This document shows positions 47,014 through 56,703 of a stretch of 64,000 nt of DNA, piece by piece. The position numbers were made by a program, and so were the translations under genes. Source of the DNA: an uncultured delta proteobacterium (GTDB lineage Bacteria > Myxococcota > Myxococcia > Myxococcales > Myxococcaceae); the NCBI GenBank assembly GCA_963796055.1, contig CAWCKH010000004.1, forward strand, positions 1,152,001 to 1,216,000, in the 5' to 3' direction. The notes under the pieces are model-generated. The model had not been told where the DNA came from, made no database searches, and saw only the letters and a list, made by a program, of their open reading frames with translations. The first letter of the stretch is position 1. Every line of letters starts with the position of its first letter.

Positions 47014-49230
47014 CTACCGCGCGGGAGGGTTGCGCCGGGCCAGCGCCCTGTCGATGGCAGCGCGTAGCAGGTGGGGCGGCTCCCCACCGCTGTGGACCTC
47101 GCCGTCGATCACCAGCGAGGGCGGCTTCACCCCCAGGGCGCGGGCCTGCTTGAGCTGCTCGACCTCCGCGCCACCAATGCCAGTCACCATCACGTAGTCG
47201 AACAACCCCAAATCCGCGCCGATCTGCCGCGCATACCGGCGCAGCACTGCTGGAGACGGGATCTCCGGCGGCGGCCAGGTGAAGTCGTCGCGGCGCTGGT
47301 TCGCCAGGACCAGGTCGTGCAGTTCCCAGAAGCGGGGACCCACGCCGGCCACTGCTCGGGCGAGCCGGGCCCCCTCCGGCTGGTGAAGCTCGGACACGTC
47401 CCACTAGACGAGACGAAGCTCGTCGCCGTAGCTGGCCAGATCGTGTGGAACACCGGCTCCATCAAGGCGCAAAAGTAGCTGACGAGTCGCATGAAGAAGG
47501 ACGGGGAGTGCCGTGCGAGGAGGGCCGCCTCGCGAAGGTCGCGACCCTGGGTCGGGCAGCGCTACCCGCGGCCGATCCTCGCCGTGCTCGCGCGCGCCTC
47601 GCTCGAATTCCTCATAGAAGTGGAGAGCCTGCTCACCCAAGCCGAGCCGGCGCCGGGCCTCGGCCAGCTCGTCAGCAACGACCTGCTCGAGCTCGGCGCC
47701 GTCGTCAGTCATGACCTTCCGCCGGTGAGAAGAAGCCGAGGATGCCCGGAGGCCCACGGGGCGGAGAGGTTGCCCTCGACGACTTGCCGGCCGAGGGGTG
47801 CTCCGTCGAGCGCCGCCAGACCGCCTCCGGCTCGAGCGCAGCGCGCGGGCTTGCTTGATCAGCCGGGTCGGTTCGAGCAGCGGTGAGGCGGCGAAGAGCA
47901 GATCATGGGCACGCCAGAAGGCGGCCGAACCCCGCTGCAGCGCGACCTCCCGGGCGACCTGCGCCGCCCCGTCGGCGTAGCGGTGGACACTCACGGGGTA
48001 GTCCTTCCAGACCAGCCGCAGCTTCTGTGGAAACCGATCGAACAGGCGCCTGAGCCTCGCCTCCGCGGCTTTCGAGTAAGGGCAGTGGAAATCTGCGAAC
48101 TCGATGATGGTCACGGCGGCTTCGGCGGGGCCCCGAGAGGGAGAGTTTCCGATCGGGCCAAGCCAGCGCTCGAAGGGCCCGCGAGCCGGGCCCGGAGACG
48201 TCGGGAGCAACGGCCGAGGCGGCTCGAGGCCGGCGCTGAACGCCCAACTACCCGCCGCGCCAGACCGTGCGTGCTCCGACAGCCGCGAGCCCGAGCACCA
48301 GCACCAGGGCAAGCGCGGCGCCGAGCACCGCGAGGCGAGTGGCCAAAGAGCGCGAGGTCCGGAGAACAATCGGCCGTGCCTTGACGGAGGTCGGGGCGGT
48401 GGCCGCCCCGAGGTCGAAGGCGAGGTCGGCCGCGGACTGAAAACGGCGGGCTGGCTCCTTTTCCAGGCATCGCCGCACCAGCAAATCGACCGAGGGGGGA
48501 ACTGACTCCGGAAGGGGAGGAGGCTCGGATTCCAGGATGGCGTGCCCGCTCTCGATGAAGCTCTTGCCGGGGAACGCGGGGGCGCCGGCCAGCATCTCGT
48601 AGAGCACCGTGCCAAGGCTGAAAATGTCCGTCCGGGCGTCCACGGGGTCGCCGCGTACCTGCTCGGGGGACATGAACGCTGGTGTTCCGAGCACAGCGCC
48701 GGGCCGGGTCCCGAGGCCTTCTGGGGTGAGCGTGGTGTCGAGGAGGTTCCTGGTCCCCTCGATGCCCCTCGGCGCGGTCAGCTTCGCGATGCCGAAGTCG
48801 AGCAGCTTGGCTCGACCACCCGAGGTGAGGAATACGTTCTCCGGTTTCACGTCCCGGTGGACGACGCCGCGCGCAAGACAGCCGCCAGGCCCTCGCCAAG
48901 CGGAGCGCCGAGCTCAAGCGACCTGCTCGACGGCGGACGACAAGGACGACGATGACAGTGACCCGCCCTCAGGCCGGTGCCACCAGGAAAGGAGCGCCGC
49001 CTTCGGAGCCGACGTCGTGCACGACGACCAGGTTGGGATGGTTCAACGAGCCGGCGAGACGGGCCTCCTGCTCGAAGCGTTGAAGGCGCTCGGGGTCGAG
49101 CGCCGCCCCATCGGAGATGACCTTGAGGGCTACCTCCGACCCATCGGGTGTCGAGGGCGCGATACACGTCGACGGCTCCCCCCGGTCGGAGGACAGCGAG
49201 AACTTCAGGACCGACTCGCACCCCAGCTCT
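47014..49230 (-). pseudogene. Decayed Ser/Thr kinase-TM-DsbA/thioredoxin fusion
   Basis: EVALKV, RFEQEAR..LNHPN, HRDVKPEN, DFG, MSPEQ; TM; IIEFADFHCPYS; second DsbA-like unit FWELHDLV; several frameshifts and a degraded Gly loop. Confidence 0.75.
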
Positions 49231-49709
49231 AAGCCGCAGGCCCAACCTCCGTCGCGGCAACGCCAACCACCGAGCGGCATCTTCGCCGATCTGAAGATGG
49301 CGAGGAATTCGCCTTGCTCTCGGGCTCTCCGCACCGGGGCGCAGCACCTCATCCTCCCCGCTCGCCTTTCTCCGCCGCCTCGCCGCTCTCGTCCCCCCAC
49401 CCCGGGTCAACCTCGTCCGGTACTCGGCGTCTTCGCCCCCAATGCCCGACTCCGCCCCCGCCTCCGGCGGCCCTGACCGACGACGCTCCTCCTTCCCACC
49501 CCCAACGCCGGCTCACCCCAGAGGGCCTGGCTGACCTGCCAATGGCCCTCCAATGCGCCCGCAAACGCGCCCGAGAATGCGCTCCCGGATCGGGCGTATT
49601 TCCGAGCTCTTTCCAGGGCACGAACCAGGGCCGATTCGAGGCTCCGTTCTCCAGGACTCTCAGCACTTGCGCCCTCGCCCATCCCATTGTGCGCGCGGCA
49701 GCAAGCGCA

Positions 49710-49775
49710 CCCCCGAGATTCCCGCTCACGCCCTCACAACCACATGACTGAGGGCGTGAGCGGGAATCTCGGGGG
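49710..49775. repeat. Perfect 27-bp inverted repeat with 12-nt loop
   Basis: CCCCCGAGATTCCCGCTCACGCCCTCA-caaccacatgac-TGAGGGCGTGAGCGGGAATCTCGGGGG. Confidence 0.92.
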
Positions 49776-50036
49776 GTACGGACAAGACTGGGTGGGGCGG
49801 GCGAGGGGATCGAGGGGATCAGGTGAGGAGGAGGTAGTGAGAAAGTTCCTGAGGCAAGGAAGCGAGTGGTGAGGAAGCGGGTACGAGGACGGTACGGACC
49901 GGAGAACCGAGGAGCGGCGTCGCGGCTCGAGGTGGAAGCCCAGAGGTGTGTGTCAAGACGTTTGGACGCAAAAGAGCTCTTGGGGCTTCGAGAGAACGGA
50001 GCGAGGCGCGTGCTTGGTGTTGCCGAGATGGACCTC

Positions 50037-50058
50037 AAACAGGCTGTTTTGGTACTAT
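50037..50058 (+). promoter_or_regulatory. Extended -10 promoter with adjacent palindromic operator
   Basis: AAACAG-G-CTGTTT followed by TG-G-TACTAT; ATG 7 nt downstream. Confidence 0.5.
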
Positions 50059-50065
50059 GTTGGAG

Positions 50066-50380
50066 ATGCAGCGGAGCCAAAGCCAGGACACCAACACGAC
50101 CCGCGTCTCGGTCTACCTGAAGAACTTCCTTGTCGACTGGTGCGACCAGCGCGCCGAGCAGCTCGGGGAGAGTCGACAGGCTGCGGTTGTCGAGGCTGTC
50201 CGCGACCACTGGAATCTCTACGGCCTGCCGGCCCACCTGGAGGAGGTCCTCCTCGCCGAGAAGAAGGCCAAGGGCTACGACAACCGGACCTACCTCCGCT
50301 ACGTCGTGGCGCTCCATGCCCAGGCCCTCTTCGATCGCCGGCAGGCGAGCGAACCCGCCAAGTCACCCCGAAGGAAGTAG
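50066..50380 (+). CDS. Putative ribbon-helix-helix DNA-binding protein
   Basis: TRVSVYL strand followed by helices ...AEQLGESRQAAVVEAV. Confidence 0.55.
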   Translation: MQRSQSQDTNTTRVSVYLKNFLVDWCDQRAEQLGESRQAAVVEAVRDHWNLYGLPAHLEEVLLAEKKAKGYDNRTYLRYVVALHAQALFDRRQASEPAKSPRRK

Positions 50381-50386
50381 GCCCTG

Positions 50387-50827
50387 ATGACCGACCGCGA
50401 GCAGGACTTCGAGCAGCAGCTCGGGCCGCACTGGCGGATGAAGATCTCTCGGGAGCGGGAGATTTACGCCGAGCCGATGCTCGACGCGGAGAACATCCGC
50501 CGTGAGTTCGGCTGCTCGCGATCGAAGGCCTACGAGCACCTCCACGCCGCTCTCGCGCACTTCGGAATCGTCCCGGAGGCTGGCAAGCAGCTCCGGATCC
50601 GGTGGAGCATCTGGCAGCGGTACAAGCAATCGAGAATCCCATGGGCAAGGGTAGATATCGGCTCACCAGGCGCGGCCTGGTCTGGTACGCGCACGTCTAC
50701 GAGAACGGGGCACGGAGGCAGATCTCCACCCGTTGCACCGACCTCAAGGCGGCCGAGCTTGCGCTCCGACAGCTCGAGCGGGACAGCGCCGATCCGGCCC
50801 ACGCTGCCGCGAAGAAGGCCTCGCTGA
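50387..50827 (+). CDS. Putative excisionase-like HTH protein overlapping the integrase 5' end
   Basis: MLDAENIRREFGCSRSKAYEHL HTH pattern; position directly before int. Confidence 0.55.
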   Translation: MTDREQDFEQQLGPHWRMKISREREIYAEPMLDAENIRREFGCSRSKAYEHLHAALAHFGIVPEAGKQLRIRWSIWQRYKQSRIPWARVDIGSPGAAWSGTRTSTRTGHGGRSPPVAPTSRRPSLRSDSSSGTAPIRPTLPRRRPR

Positions 50828-51837
50828 GCGACGCGCTCGCTCTGCTCCTCGAGCGCCGCACGGAAGAGGCGACCGCCGGCCGGCGCAGCCCGGAGACGGT
50901 GGCGTTCTACCGGCGCAAGGCCGGCCACCTGACCCGCATCTTCGAGCACCTGGACGACGGCAAGTACGAGCCGTTCATTCTCACCCACCTGAGAGCAGCA
51001 GACGTCGACCACTACATCTCGCTCCGGCGCTCGGAAGCGGTGAGCGACCACACCATCGCCAAGGAGCTGGTGACTCTTCGAGCCTCTCTCAAGCTCGCCA
51101 AGCGCGCGGGGCTGTGGCTCGGCGACATCGATGCACTCTTGCCGGTCGGCTTTGCTCCGGATTATCGGCCACGAACCCGTGCCCTCTCGACCGAGGAGCT
51201 CGGGCAACTGCTGGCCCTCCTGCCGTCAGCCCGAGCGGCGCAGGTGGGCTTCATCGTCGCGACCTCCGCGTGCTGGAGCGAAGCGGTGAAGGCTCGCCGA
51301 GGCGACGTTCAGCTCGATTCCGGCTGGGTCCACATCCGCGGCACCAAGCGGGCTGCCAGAGATCGGCACATCCTCGTCCGACACCCAACTCTCGTGAGCC
51401 TGCTCGCGTACGCGCTCAAGCACGCTCCTGGCGAGGACCTGCTCTTCCCGCCCTGGAGCAACGTCCGCCGCGATCTCCTCATCGCCTGCGAGCAGGCCGG
51501 CATCGAGCCCTGCTCTCCGAACGACCTGCGCCGCACCTACGCCAAGTGGATGCGACTCGCACGAGTCCCGGCTGAAATTGTTGCTCCAACCATGGGCCAC
51601 CGCGACACGCGCATGGTCGAGCGCGTCTATGGCCGCCTGTCGCCTGAGGAAATCGGTGCGCTGCTGACCGCCCACTTCGCTCCGGACTGCATCGCCGGTG
51701 CATCAGACAGCGTGGATTCGGCCGGAAAACGTGGACGAAATGGACGTTCGCGTCGCGCCAAGCCAGCGAAAACAGTGCCCAGGGGCGGAATCGAACCACC
51801 GACACGGGGATTTTCAGTCCCCTGCTCTACCAACTGA
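50641..51837 (+). CDS. Tyrosine recombinase/integrase whose 3' end runs through the att core
   Basis: GTK, NDLRRT, MGH..RMVERVY; stop codon lies inside the tRNA gene on the opposite strand. Confidence 0.9.
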   Translation: MGKGRYRLTRRGLVWYAHVYENGARRQISTRCTDLKAAELALRQLERDSADPAHAAAKKASLSDALALLLERRTEEATAGRRSPETVAFYRRKAGHLTRIFEHLDDGKYEPFILTHLRAADVDHYISLRRSEAVSDHTIAKELVTLRASLKLAKRAGLWLGDIDALLPVGFAPDYRPRTRALSTEELGQLLALLPSARAAQVGFIVATSACWSEAVKARRGDVQLDSGWVHIRGTKRAARDRHILVRHPTLVSLLAYALKHAPGEDLLFPPWSNVRRDLLIACEQAGIEPCSPNDLRRTYAKWMRLARVPAEIVAPTMGHRDTRMVERVYGRLSPEEIGALLTAHFAPDCIAGASDSVDSAGKRGRNGRSRRAKPAKTVPRGGIEPPTRGFSVPCSTN

Positions 51838-51848
51838 GCTACCTGGGC
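51776..51848 (-). tRNA. tRNA-Phe(GAA), CCA not encoded
   Basis: GCCCAGGTAGCTCAGTTGGTAGAGCAGGGGACTGAAAATCCCCGTGTCGGTGGTTCGATTCCGCCCCTGGGCA; 73-nt cloverleaf. Confidence 0.97.
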
Positions 51849-51919
51849 GAACAACGCCCCCGCGCCGCGAGCGGCCGCACGCGAGGGCGCGCAGGAATAG
51901 GACGCGCCTTCCCGGCAGT

Positions 51920-52400
51920 CAAGCTGACTGCGGGCGCCCGGACGTCGCCGACTGCAGCCCGCCTGACGACACCTTGACCCGGACCTCGATTGCGGCCGCC
52001 CGGACCTCGCCGACTGCAGCCCCGTCGACACCTTGACCCGGACCTCGACTGCGGACGCCCTGACGACCCGATTTGCGGCCGCCCGGACCTCGCCGACTGC
52101 AGCCCCGTCGACACCTTGACCCGGACCTCGACTGCGGCCGCCCTGACGACCCGATTTGCGGCCGCCCGGACCTCGCCGACTGCAGCCCCGTCGACACCTT
52201 GACCCGGACCTCGACTGCGGCCGCCCTGACCTAGCTGACTGCGGCCGCCCGGACCTCGCCGACTGCAGCCCCGTCGACACCTTGACCCGGACCTCGACTG
52301 CGGCCGCCCTGACCTAGCTGACTGCGGCCGCCCGGACCTCGCCGACTGCAGCCCCCTCGACACCTTGACCCGGACCTCGACTGCGGCCGCCCTGACCTAG
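51920..52400. repeat. Composite tandem repeat, 83-bp unit, about 5.5 copies
   Basis: CCTTGACCCGGACCTCGA recurs at 51972, 52031, 52114, 52197, 52280 and 52363. Confidence 0.95.
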
Positions 52401-52816
52401 TGGAACGTGGCGCCCAGCGAGGAGCTGGCCGAGGCGAGCAGCGACTCGAGCTCCCCCGGCTCCACCGGCTTGGCCAGCCGCCCGGAGACCAGCGGATGCT
52501 GCGGCGCCACCTGGTCCAGCGCGCTGTGCGCCGAGCAGAGAATGAAGCGGACGCGGGCGCCCACCTGGCGGGCCAGACCGTAGAGCAGCTCGATGCCGCT
52601 CATCCCCGGGAGCATCAGATCCAGCACCACGATGACCGGAGTGTCGTCGGCTGCCGCGCGCTCGAAGAAGCGCAGCGTCTCGCTCGCATCGCGCGCACCG
52701 AGCACGGTGTAGCCCTGTCGCTCCACCGTCTCGCTCAGCAGTCGCCGGAAGAACGCCTCGTCGTCGACGACCAGCACGTACGGCGTCCGAACGTCCCGGG
52801 CAGAAGCCTCGTCCAC
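52397..52816 (-). CDS. Single-domain response regulator (start uncertain)
   Basis: VLVVDDE...VLDLMLPGMSG...SA...KP. Confidence 0.85.
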   Translation of the reverse strand: MDEASARDVRTPYVLVVDDEAFFRRLLSETVERQGYTVLGARDASETLRFFERAAADDTPVIVVLDLMLPGMSGIELLYGLARQVGARVRFILCSAHSALDQVAPQHPLVSGRLAKPVEPGELESLLASASSSLGATFH

Positions 52817-53223
52817 GGCTGAAATGCTAACCCAGCTTCCGCGGCCTGACGATGATCTGGATCCGCGGACGCACGGGGGGATGGCGCGGTGTCCCACCCC
52901 CGCTCAGGCGCACGCAGGGTCATTCCTGGCCGGGCGTTGCCGACTCGTGTCCGCCTCCCCATCCTGCCGACATGTCCTACCTGGGCCAGCTGCTTGCCGT
53001 CTCGGCGGTGGTGATGGGCATCGCCCAGACCATCGCGAGACCTGGCTGGGGTGACGGGAATCTACGGAATCCGGGTTCAGGTGCGCTGGGGCGTGCGGAC
53101 AAGGACGAGACCACGTCCGGCACTGAGGACCGGAGTCCATGGCGCGCCGGGGCTCGGGTCCCGGCGGACTCTCTACACAGACCGGTACCACTCCATGGAT
53201 GATCAGCAGTGAAAGCTGGCTCG

Positions 53224-53592
53224 ATGCACCGCACCACCGTTCTCTTTGTCGACGATGACGACTTCATCCGCGGCGCCTATGGCGACCTGCTTCGCGACGA
53301 GGGCTTCTCGGTGGTCGAGGCCGCAGACGGGTGCGAGGCCCTCCAGGCCGCGAGCGGGATCTCCGGTGACGTGCTGCTGGTGCTCGACGAGATGATGCCC
53401 CGCATGCGGGGAACCGAGGTGCTGGAGCGGCTGGCCCACCAGGCCGACTCCGCCCGCTTCCGGGTGGTGATCATCTCCGGCACCGCGCTGGTGCACGCGC
53501 TTCCCCCGCCTGGGATACGGATCCACGCCGTGGTGGAGAAGCCCTTCACCGCCTCGGAGCTCCTCAGCGCGCTCCACAAGCTCGCGGCCTGA
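53224..53592 (+). CDS. Single-domain response regulator
   Basis: VLFVDDD...VLDEMMPRMRG...ISG...KPF. Confidence 0.85.
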   Translation: MHRTTVLFVDDDDFIRGAYGDLLRDEGFSVVEAADGCEALQAASGISGDVLLVLDEMMPRMRGTEVLERLAHQADSARFRVVIISGTALVHALPPPGIRIHAVVEKPFTASELLSALHKLAA

Positions 53593-53604
53593 TCGGACCG
53601 GAGC

Positions 53605-53871
53605 TCAGCGCACGTCGGCTGTTTCCTGCTCCCTACGCTCGAGCTTCCGCTCGTGCCGGCGCACCTCGGCGACCAGGAACGCCGCGGCCGCGGCGAGGAC
53701 CCCCGCGTCGTCGAGCCAGCCGACCACCGGAATTCCATCCGGAATCAGATCCAGCGGCCAGAGCACGTAGGCCACCGCCGCCACCCCGGCGAGCTTCCGC
53801 CACGCCGCCACGCCCGGGTCCCGGAGGTAACGCCACAGCTTGGTCACGGTGCGCGTCCGCTCCAGCGCCAT
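53605..53871 (-). CDS. DUF1232/YkvA family protein
   Basis: AYVLWPLDLIPDGIPVVGWLDD. Confidence 0.88.
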   Translation of the reverse strand: MALERTRTVTKLWRYLRDPGVAAWRKLAGVAAVAYVLWPLDLIPDGIPVVGWLDDAGVLAAAAAFLVAEVRRHERKLERREQETADVR

Positions 53872-53874
53872 CGC

Positions 53875-56583
53875 TCAGCTCTCTCCGTCGGACGGCTCCG
53901 AGGTCGGCGGCTCGGCGCCGGGCGGCATGATCTCCTCGCCGTTGCCGCTGTCCCCGTTCTCCTCGGTGGCCTCGGGCAGCTTGGAGATGCCGCTCACCTT
54001 CTCCCCGGCGCTCTCCAGGCTGATCAGCCGCACCCCTTGCGTGTTCCGGCCGATGACCGAGATGTCGTGGACCTTGATCCGGATCAGCATCCCGCCGCTG
54101 GTGACCAGCATCACCTCGTCGCGGTCCTTCACCTGGGCCAGGCCAACCACCGTCCCGTTCCGCTCGGTGGTCTTGATGTCGATGATGCCCTTCCCGCCCC
54201 GGCCCTGGATCCGGTACTCGGACTCCTCGGTGCGCTTGCCGTACCCGTTCTCGGTGACGGTGAGGATGGTCGTCCCCCGCTCGACCACGTCGGCGCCCAC
54301 CACCTCGTCTCCGTCGTCGAGGGTGATGCCCTTCACCCCGTAGGCCTGCCGGCCCATCGAGCGAACCTCGGCCTCGGCGAAGCGGATGCTCATCCCCTGG
54401 GCGGTGGAGAGGAGGATGTCCTTGGTCCCGTCGGTGATGAACACTGCCACCAGCGAGTCGCCGTCCTCGACCCCGAGGGCGATGATGCCGGCCGAGCGCA
54501 CGTTGGAGAAGGCGTTCAGGTCGGTGCGCTTCACCACGCCCTTGCGGGTGACGAAGAAGACGAACCGGCCTTCCTCGAACCCCTTGGTGACCAGGATCGA
54601 GGCCAGCTTCTCGCCCTCGCCCATCTGGACCAGGTTGATGATCGGCTTGCCCCGCGCGGTGCGGCTGGCGGCGGGAATCTCGTGCACCTTGAGCCAGTAC
54701 AGCTTGCCCCGGGTGGTGATGGGCATCAGGTAGGCGTGGGTGCTGGCGACGAAGAGGTCGGAGACGAAGTCGTCCTCCTTCATCGACGCGCCGGTCTTGC
54801 CCCGGCCCCCGCGACGCTGGGAGCGGTACTCGGAGAGGGGACTGCGCTTCACGTACCCGGCGTGGGACACGGTGACCACCATGTCCTCCTCGGCGATCAG
54901 GTCCTCGCTGGTCAGCTCGGAGGCCTCGCCGGTGATCTCGGTGCGGCGCTCGTCGCCGAACTTCTCCCGCACCTCGCGCAGCTCGGCCTTCACCACCTCG
55001 AGGAGAGTCGTTTCGACCTCGAGAATCTCGCGCAGCCGGGCGATCTCCCGGGTGAGGGAGATCAGCTCGGTGAATAGCTCCTCGCGCTGGATCCCGGTGA
55101 GGCGCTGCAGCCGCATCTCAAGGATCTGCTTGGCCTGCTCCTCGCTGAAGCCGCCGTCCTCGTAGCGGTGCTGGAGCCCGGCGTACTTCGGCTCCTCGGC
55201 CCGAGCCCGGGCCACCAGCTGCTCCATCTGCGCCTTGGCCGCGTCGAGGTCGAGCCGGGGAAGCTCCCGGAAGCGCTCGTGCTCGTAGAGCGAAGGAGAG
55301 AGCACGTGCATCAGGCCCCACCGCGCCTCGTCCGGATCGTGCGACCGGCGGATGATGGTGATGACCAGGTCGATGATGTCCTGGGCGACCAGCAGGCCTT
55401 CCACCACGTGAATGCGGCGCTCGGCGTTCTTCAGCTCGAAGCGGCTCCGGCGGGTGACCACCTCGCGGCGGTGGCTGATGAACCGCTCCAGCAGCTCTCT
55501 GAGGTTGAGCGTCCGCGGCTGGCCCCCGTCGATCGCCAGGAGCACGATGCCGAAGGTGGTCTGCAGCGGGGTGTTGGCAAAGAGGTTGTTCAGCACCACC
55601 CCGGAGATGGCGTCGCGCTTCAGCTCGATGACCAGACGCATGCCCCGGCGGTCCGACTCGTCGCGGATCTGGCTGATGCCGTCGATCTTCTTGTCCCGCA
55701 CCAGCTCGGCGATCTTCTCGGTGAGCCGGGCCTTGTTCACCTGGTAGGGGATCTCGGAGACCACGATGGCCTCGCGCTCTCCCTTGGCCGCGGTCTCGAT
55801 CTCGTGCCGCGCCCGGAGGGTGATCTGCCCGCGGCCGGTCTCGTATGCGCGCTGGATGCCCTCGCGCCCGAGGATGAACCCAGCGGTGGGGAAGTCCGGC
55901 CCGGGGATGTGCTGCATCAGCTCGCGGACCGAGGCCTTGGGGTGCTCGATGAGATGGAGCGTTCCGTCGATGACCTCCCGCATGTTGTGCGGGGGAATGT
56001 TGGTGGTCATTCCCACCGCGATGCCCGAGCTCCCGTTGACCAGGAGGTTGGGAAAGCGAGTGGGGAGGACCAGCGGCTCCTTCGTCGAGTCGTCGAAGTT
56101 GGGGCCGAAGTTGACGGTCTCCTTGTCGATGTCGGCGAGCATGGCCTCGGCCAGCTCGGTCATCCGGCACTCGGTGTACCGGTAGGCGGCGGCCGAGTCC
56201 CCGTCGACGCTGCCGAAGTTCCCCTGCCCGTCCACCAGGAGATACCGCAGGTTCCAGGGCTGGGCGAGGCGGACCAGCGCGTCGTAGACGCTCGCGTCCC
56301 CGTGGGGGTGGTACTTCTTGAGCACCTCGCCCACCACGCCGGCGCACTTGCTGTACTTGCGGTTGTGGAGCAGCCCCTCGTCCTGCATCGCGTACAGGAT
56401 GCGGCGGTGCACGGGCTTCAGGCCGTCGCGCACGTCGGGCAGCGCCCGGCCCACGATGACCGACATCGAATAGTCGAGGTAGCTCTTGCGCATCTCGTCC
56501 TCGATGTTGATCGGGACGAGATCGCCGGCGCCGCCACCCGGTGGAGTCGGAGGCGCGGGAGGGGTCGGAAGGTCTTCGGACAT
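53875..56583 (-). CDS. gyrA: DNA gyrase subunit A
   Basis: [21 protein letters not shown], GyrA box QRRGGRG, beta-pinwheel repeats. Confidence 0.97.
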   Translation of the reverse strand: MSEDLPTPPAPPTPPGGGAGDLVPINIEDEMRKSYLDYSMSVIVGRALPDVRDGLKPVHRRILYAMQDEGLLHNRKYSKCAGVVGEVLKKYHPHGDASVYDALVRLAQPWNLRYLLVDGQGNFGSVDGDSAAAYRYTECRMTELAEAMLADIDKETVNFGPNFDDSTKEPLVLPTRFPNLLVNGSSGIAVGMTTNIPPHNMREVIDGTLHLIEHPKASVRELMQHIPGPDFPTAGFILGREGIQRAYETGRGQITLRARHEIETAAKGEREAIVVSEIPYQVNKARLTEKIAELVRDKKIDGISQIRDESDRRGMRLVIELKRDAISGVVLNNLFANTPLQTTFGIVLLAIDGGQPRTLNLRELLERFISHRREVVTRRSRFELKNAERRIHVVEGLLVAQDIIDLVITIIRRSHDPDEARWGLMHVLSPSLYEHERFRELPRLDLDAAKAQMEQLVARARAEEPKYAGLQHRYEDGGFSEEQAKQILEMRLQRLTGIQREELFTELISLTREIARLREILEVETTLLEVVKAELREVREKFGDERRTEITGEASELTSEDLIAEEDMVVTVSHAGYVKRSPLSEYRSQRRGGRGKTGASMKEDDFVSDLFVASTHAYLMPITTRGKLYWLKVHEIPAASRTARGKPIINLVQMGEGEKLASILVTKGFEEGRFVFFVTRKGVVKRTDLNAFSNVRSAGIIALGVEDGDSLVAVFITDGTKDILLSTAQGMSIRFAEAEVRSMGRQAYGVKGITLDDGDEVVGADVVERGTTILTVTENGYGKRTEESEYRIQGRGGKGIIDIKTTERNGTVVGLAQVKDRDEVMLVTSGGMLIRIKVHDISVIGRNTQGVRLISLESAGEKVSGISKLPEATEENGDSGNGEEIMPPGAEPPTSEPSDGES

Positions 56584-56703
56584 GAGGGGGTTATCCCCTA
56601 CCTAACTGCCCGGAACCCTTAGGTCAATCCGGCTTTCCGGCTTCGAGCCGGCAATGGCCGCAGGGGGTTCCGCATACAGTGCGCGCCCGCCCGGAGGTGG
56701 CTC

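Larger units (their letters stand above)
46778..51822. mobile_element. Younger tRNA-Phe-integrated element (about 5 kb) with RHH-xis-int module
   Basis: Bounded by an att copy and the tRNA; tyrosine recombinase at the tRNA-proximal end. Confidence 0.8.

Noticed and set aside
49710..49775. Intrinsic terminator
   Set aside because: No U-tract on either strand and not located at a gene end
51627..52363. Repetitive ORFs across the tandem array
   Set aside because: The 83-bp period shifts frame each unit; these are translation artefacts, partly overlapping the tRNA
51920..52400. CRISPR array
   Set aside because: No unique spacers; whole 83-bp units repeat; no cas genes in the window
55130..55330. 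Intein in GyrA
   Set aside because: Too short and lacks intein terminal motifs
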